A stretch of DNA of 63,539 nt, the filler included, from Octopus bimaculoides (Eukaryota): the NCBI RefSeq assembly GCF_001194135.2. It is 4 parts of 4 records of this genome, joined end to end, with 100 filler letters (N's around TTAATTAATTAA, not from the genome) between each part and the next. Parts side by side here need not be neighbours in the genome. Positions count along the whole stretch, not along the records: positions 61,753 to 63,539 come from NC_069000.1; 3 more parts are not named here. One strand, 5' to 3'. Below are positions 62,453 through 63,539 of this stretch, one piece after another. Within the stretch, counting starts at the first letter, position 1, and every line of letters starts with the position of its first letter. Position numbers and translations under genes: made by a program. The notes beneath the pieces were generated by a model that saw only the letters and a program-made list of their open reading frames with translations, was not told the DNA's origin and ran no database searches.

Positions 62453-62698
62453 TATGTGTGTACATATATATATATATATATTATCTTCGAAACGTCTAGA
62501 TAGAATAGAGACAGCTGATGAAGGGATATTCCAAGTGGCTTTCCGTTTTCCTATATGTTCGTTCCGTTGTCTGTAGTTTATTGTTCTAACGTCCTGTACC
62601 CTGATATGCATGTATATACACATGTAGATGTAAGTATGTACATATATGTGTGTATACATGTATATATATTCTTTGTATTATATATATATATATATATA

Positions 62699-62802
62699 TT
62701 TGAAGATAAGCAACAAAAATTCAATAGGTTATAGCAGTACGTACGTTTCGTACAAGCTCCATTACTGCTATAACCTATTGAATTGTGTTGCTTATCTTCA
62801 AA
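62699..62802. repeat. Near-perfect 104-nt hairpin (about 40-bp stem, 23-nt loop)
   Basis: TTTGAAGATAAGCAACAAAAATTCAATAGGTTATAGCAGTA pairs with TACTGCTATAACCTATTGAATTGTGTTGCTTATCTTCAAA, with one mismatch and one bulge. Confidence 0.9.
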
Positions 62803-62908
62803 TTTTTATTCACCAAATCTCTTGATTTTGTTTTTGGTTTTTATCCTACCAAATTCTGGTGCCTCAAACATTTTAAGTACCACATTTAATCTTTTGATTA
62901 AATCTATT

Positions 62909-62965
<57 letters not shown>

Positions 62966-63241
62966 AAAACTTACTTGCAAATGGACGCGTAGCGTTCGAT
63001 GTATTATGTATGTATGTGTGTGTGTATGTTACTTTTATTTATTCGATTCATATAGGAAGGTTTGCAAGCAGGGACCAACAGAGAGGAATGGGCGGCTCTC
63101 GCTCTCTCCCTCTCTCTCTCTCTGTACTACTAATGAAGTTATATATTTAGGAACAACAAACTGCCTGATGCATATCTATCTTCCTTCCTTCCTACTCATC
63201 TATTTCCCTACCCGTTTCCCTTCCATCTCTCTGTCTGTCTG

Positions 63242-63292
<51 letters not shown>

Positions 63293-63539
63293 TCCTTCTT
63301 TTTCCTCCCTTCTTTCCTTCCTTCCTTCCTTCCCATTTTCGTTTGTGAGCGAGTGTGCGAATTAATTACCTGGGTATGCTTTTGTAGTCGCCATACAGCA
63401 AGTATACGCTGCGATATCAGCGCACACACACACACAAACACACATACACACTCACACACACATACAAGCATGCACACACGCAAATGTATATTATATATTC
63501 ATATATATGTAACGTTATATGATTATATAATCATATATA

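Noticed and set aside
62505-62560. GAAACGTC ... CTGATGAAGGG as a second hammerhead
   Set aside because: The conserved boxes are in an order and context where stems I and II do not pair; at most a scrambled Penelope remnant.

Overview
AT-rich animal genomic DNA, dense with microsatellites and scaffold gaps. The SINE/RTE repertoire and simple-repeat load are most consistent with a coleoid cephalopod (Octopus-like) draft assembly; this is inference, not a database result. Almost all short ORFs in the supplied track are microsatellite or N-gap artefacts. Three host-gene segments can be supported, all on the minus strand. (1) A 5.87-kb intronless ORF (51730-57600, 1956 aa) that appears to encode about six tandem degenerate NHL-like beta-propellers, with frame-preserving internal duplications; this is the most unusual object in the window. 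(2) A first coding exon of an ankyrin-repeat protein (48603-48946) whose later exons are not visible. (3) The first coding exon of an FNDC3-family gene (20810-22088) with a roughly 400-aa low-complexity N-terminal extension, an in-frame uORF, and a candidate promoter near 30.0-30.1 kb. The remainder is intronic or intergenic. It holds tRNA-derived SINEs, RTE, CR1-type and R4/Dong LINE relics, Tc1/mariner and hAT MITEs, a Penelope-type minimal hammerhead-like motif, and several long inverted repeats and hairpins. No rRNA, real tRNA gene or CRISPR array was seen. Repeat boundaries are by eye and approximate unless a TIR, TSD or splice site fixes them.
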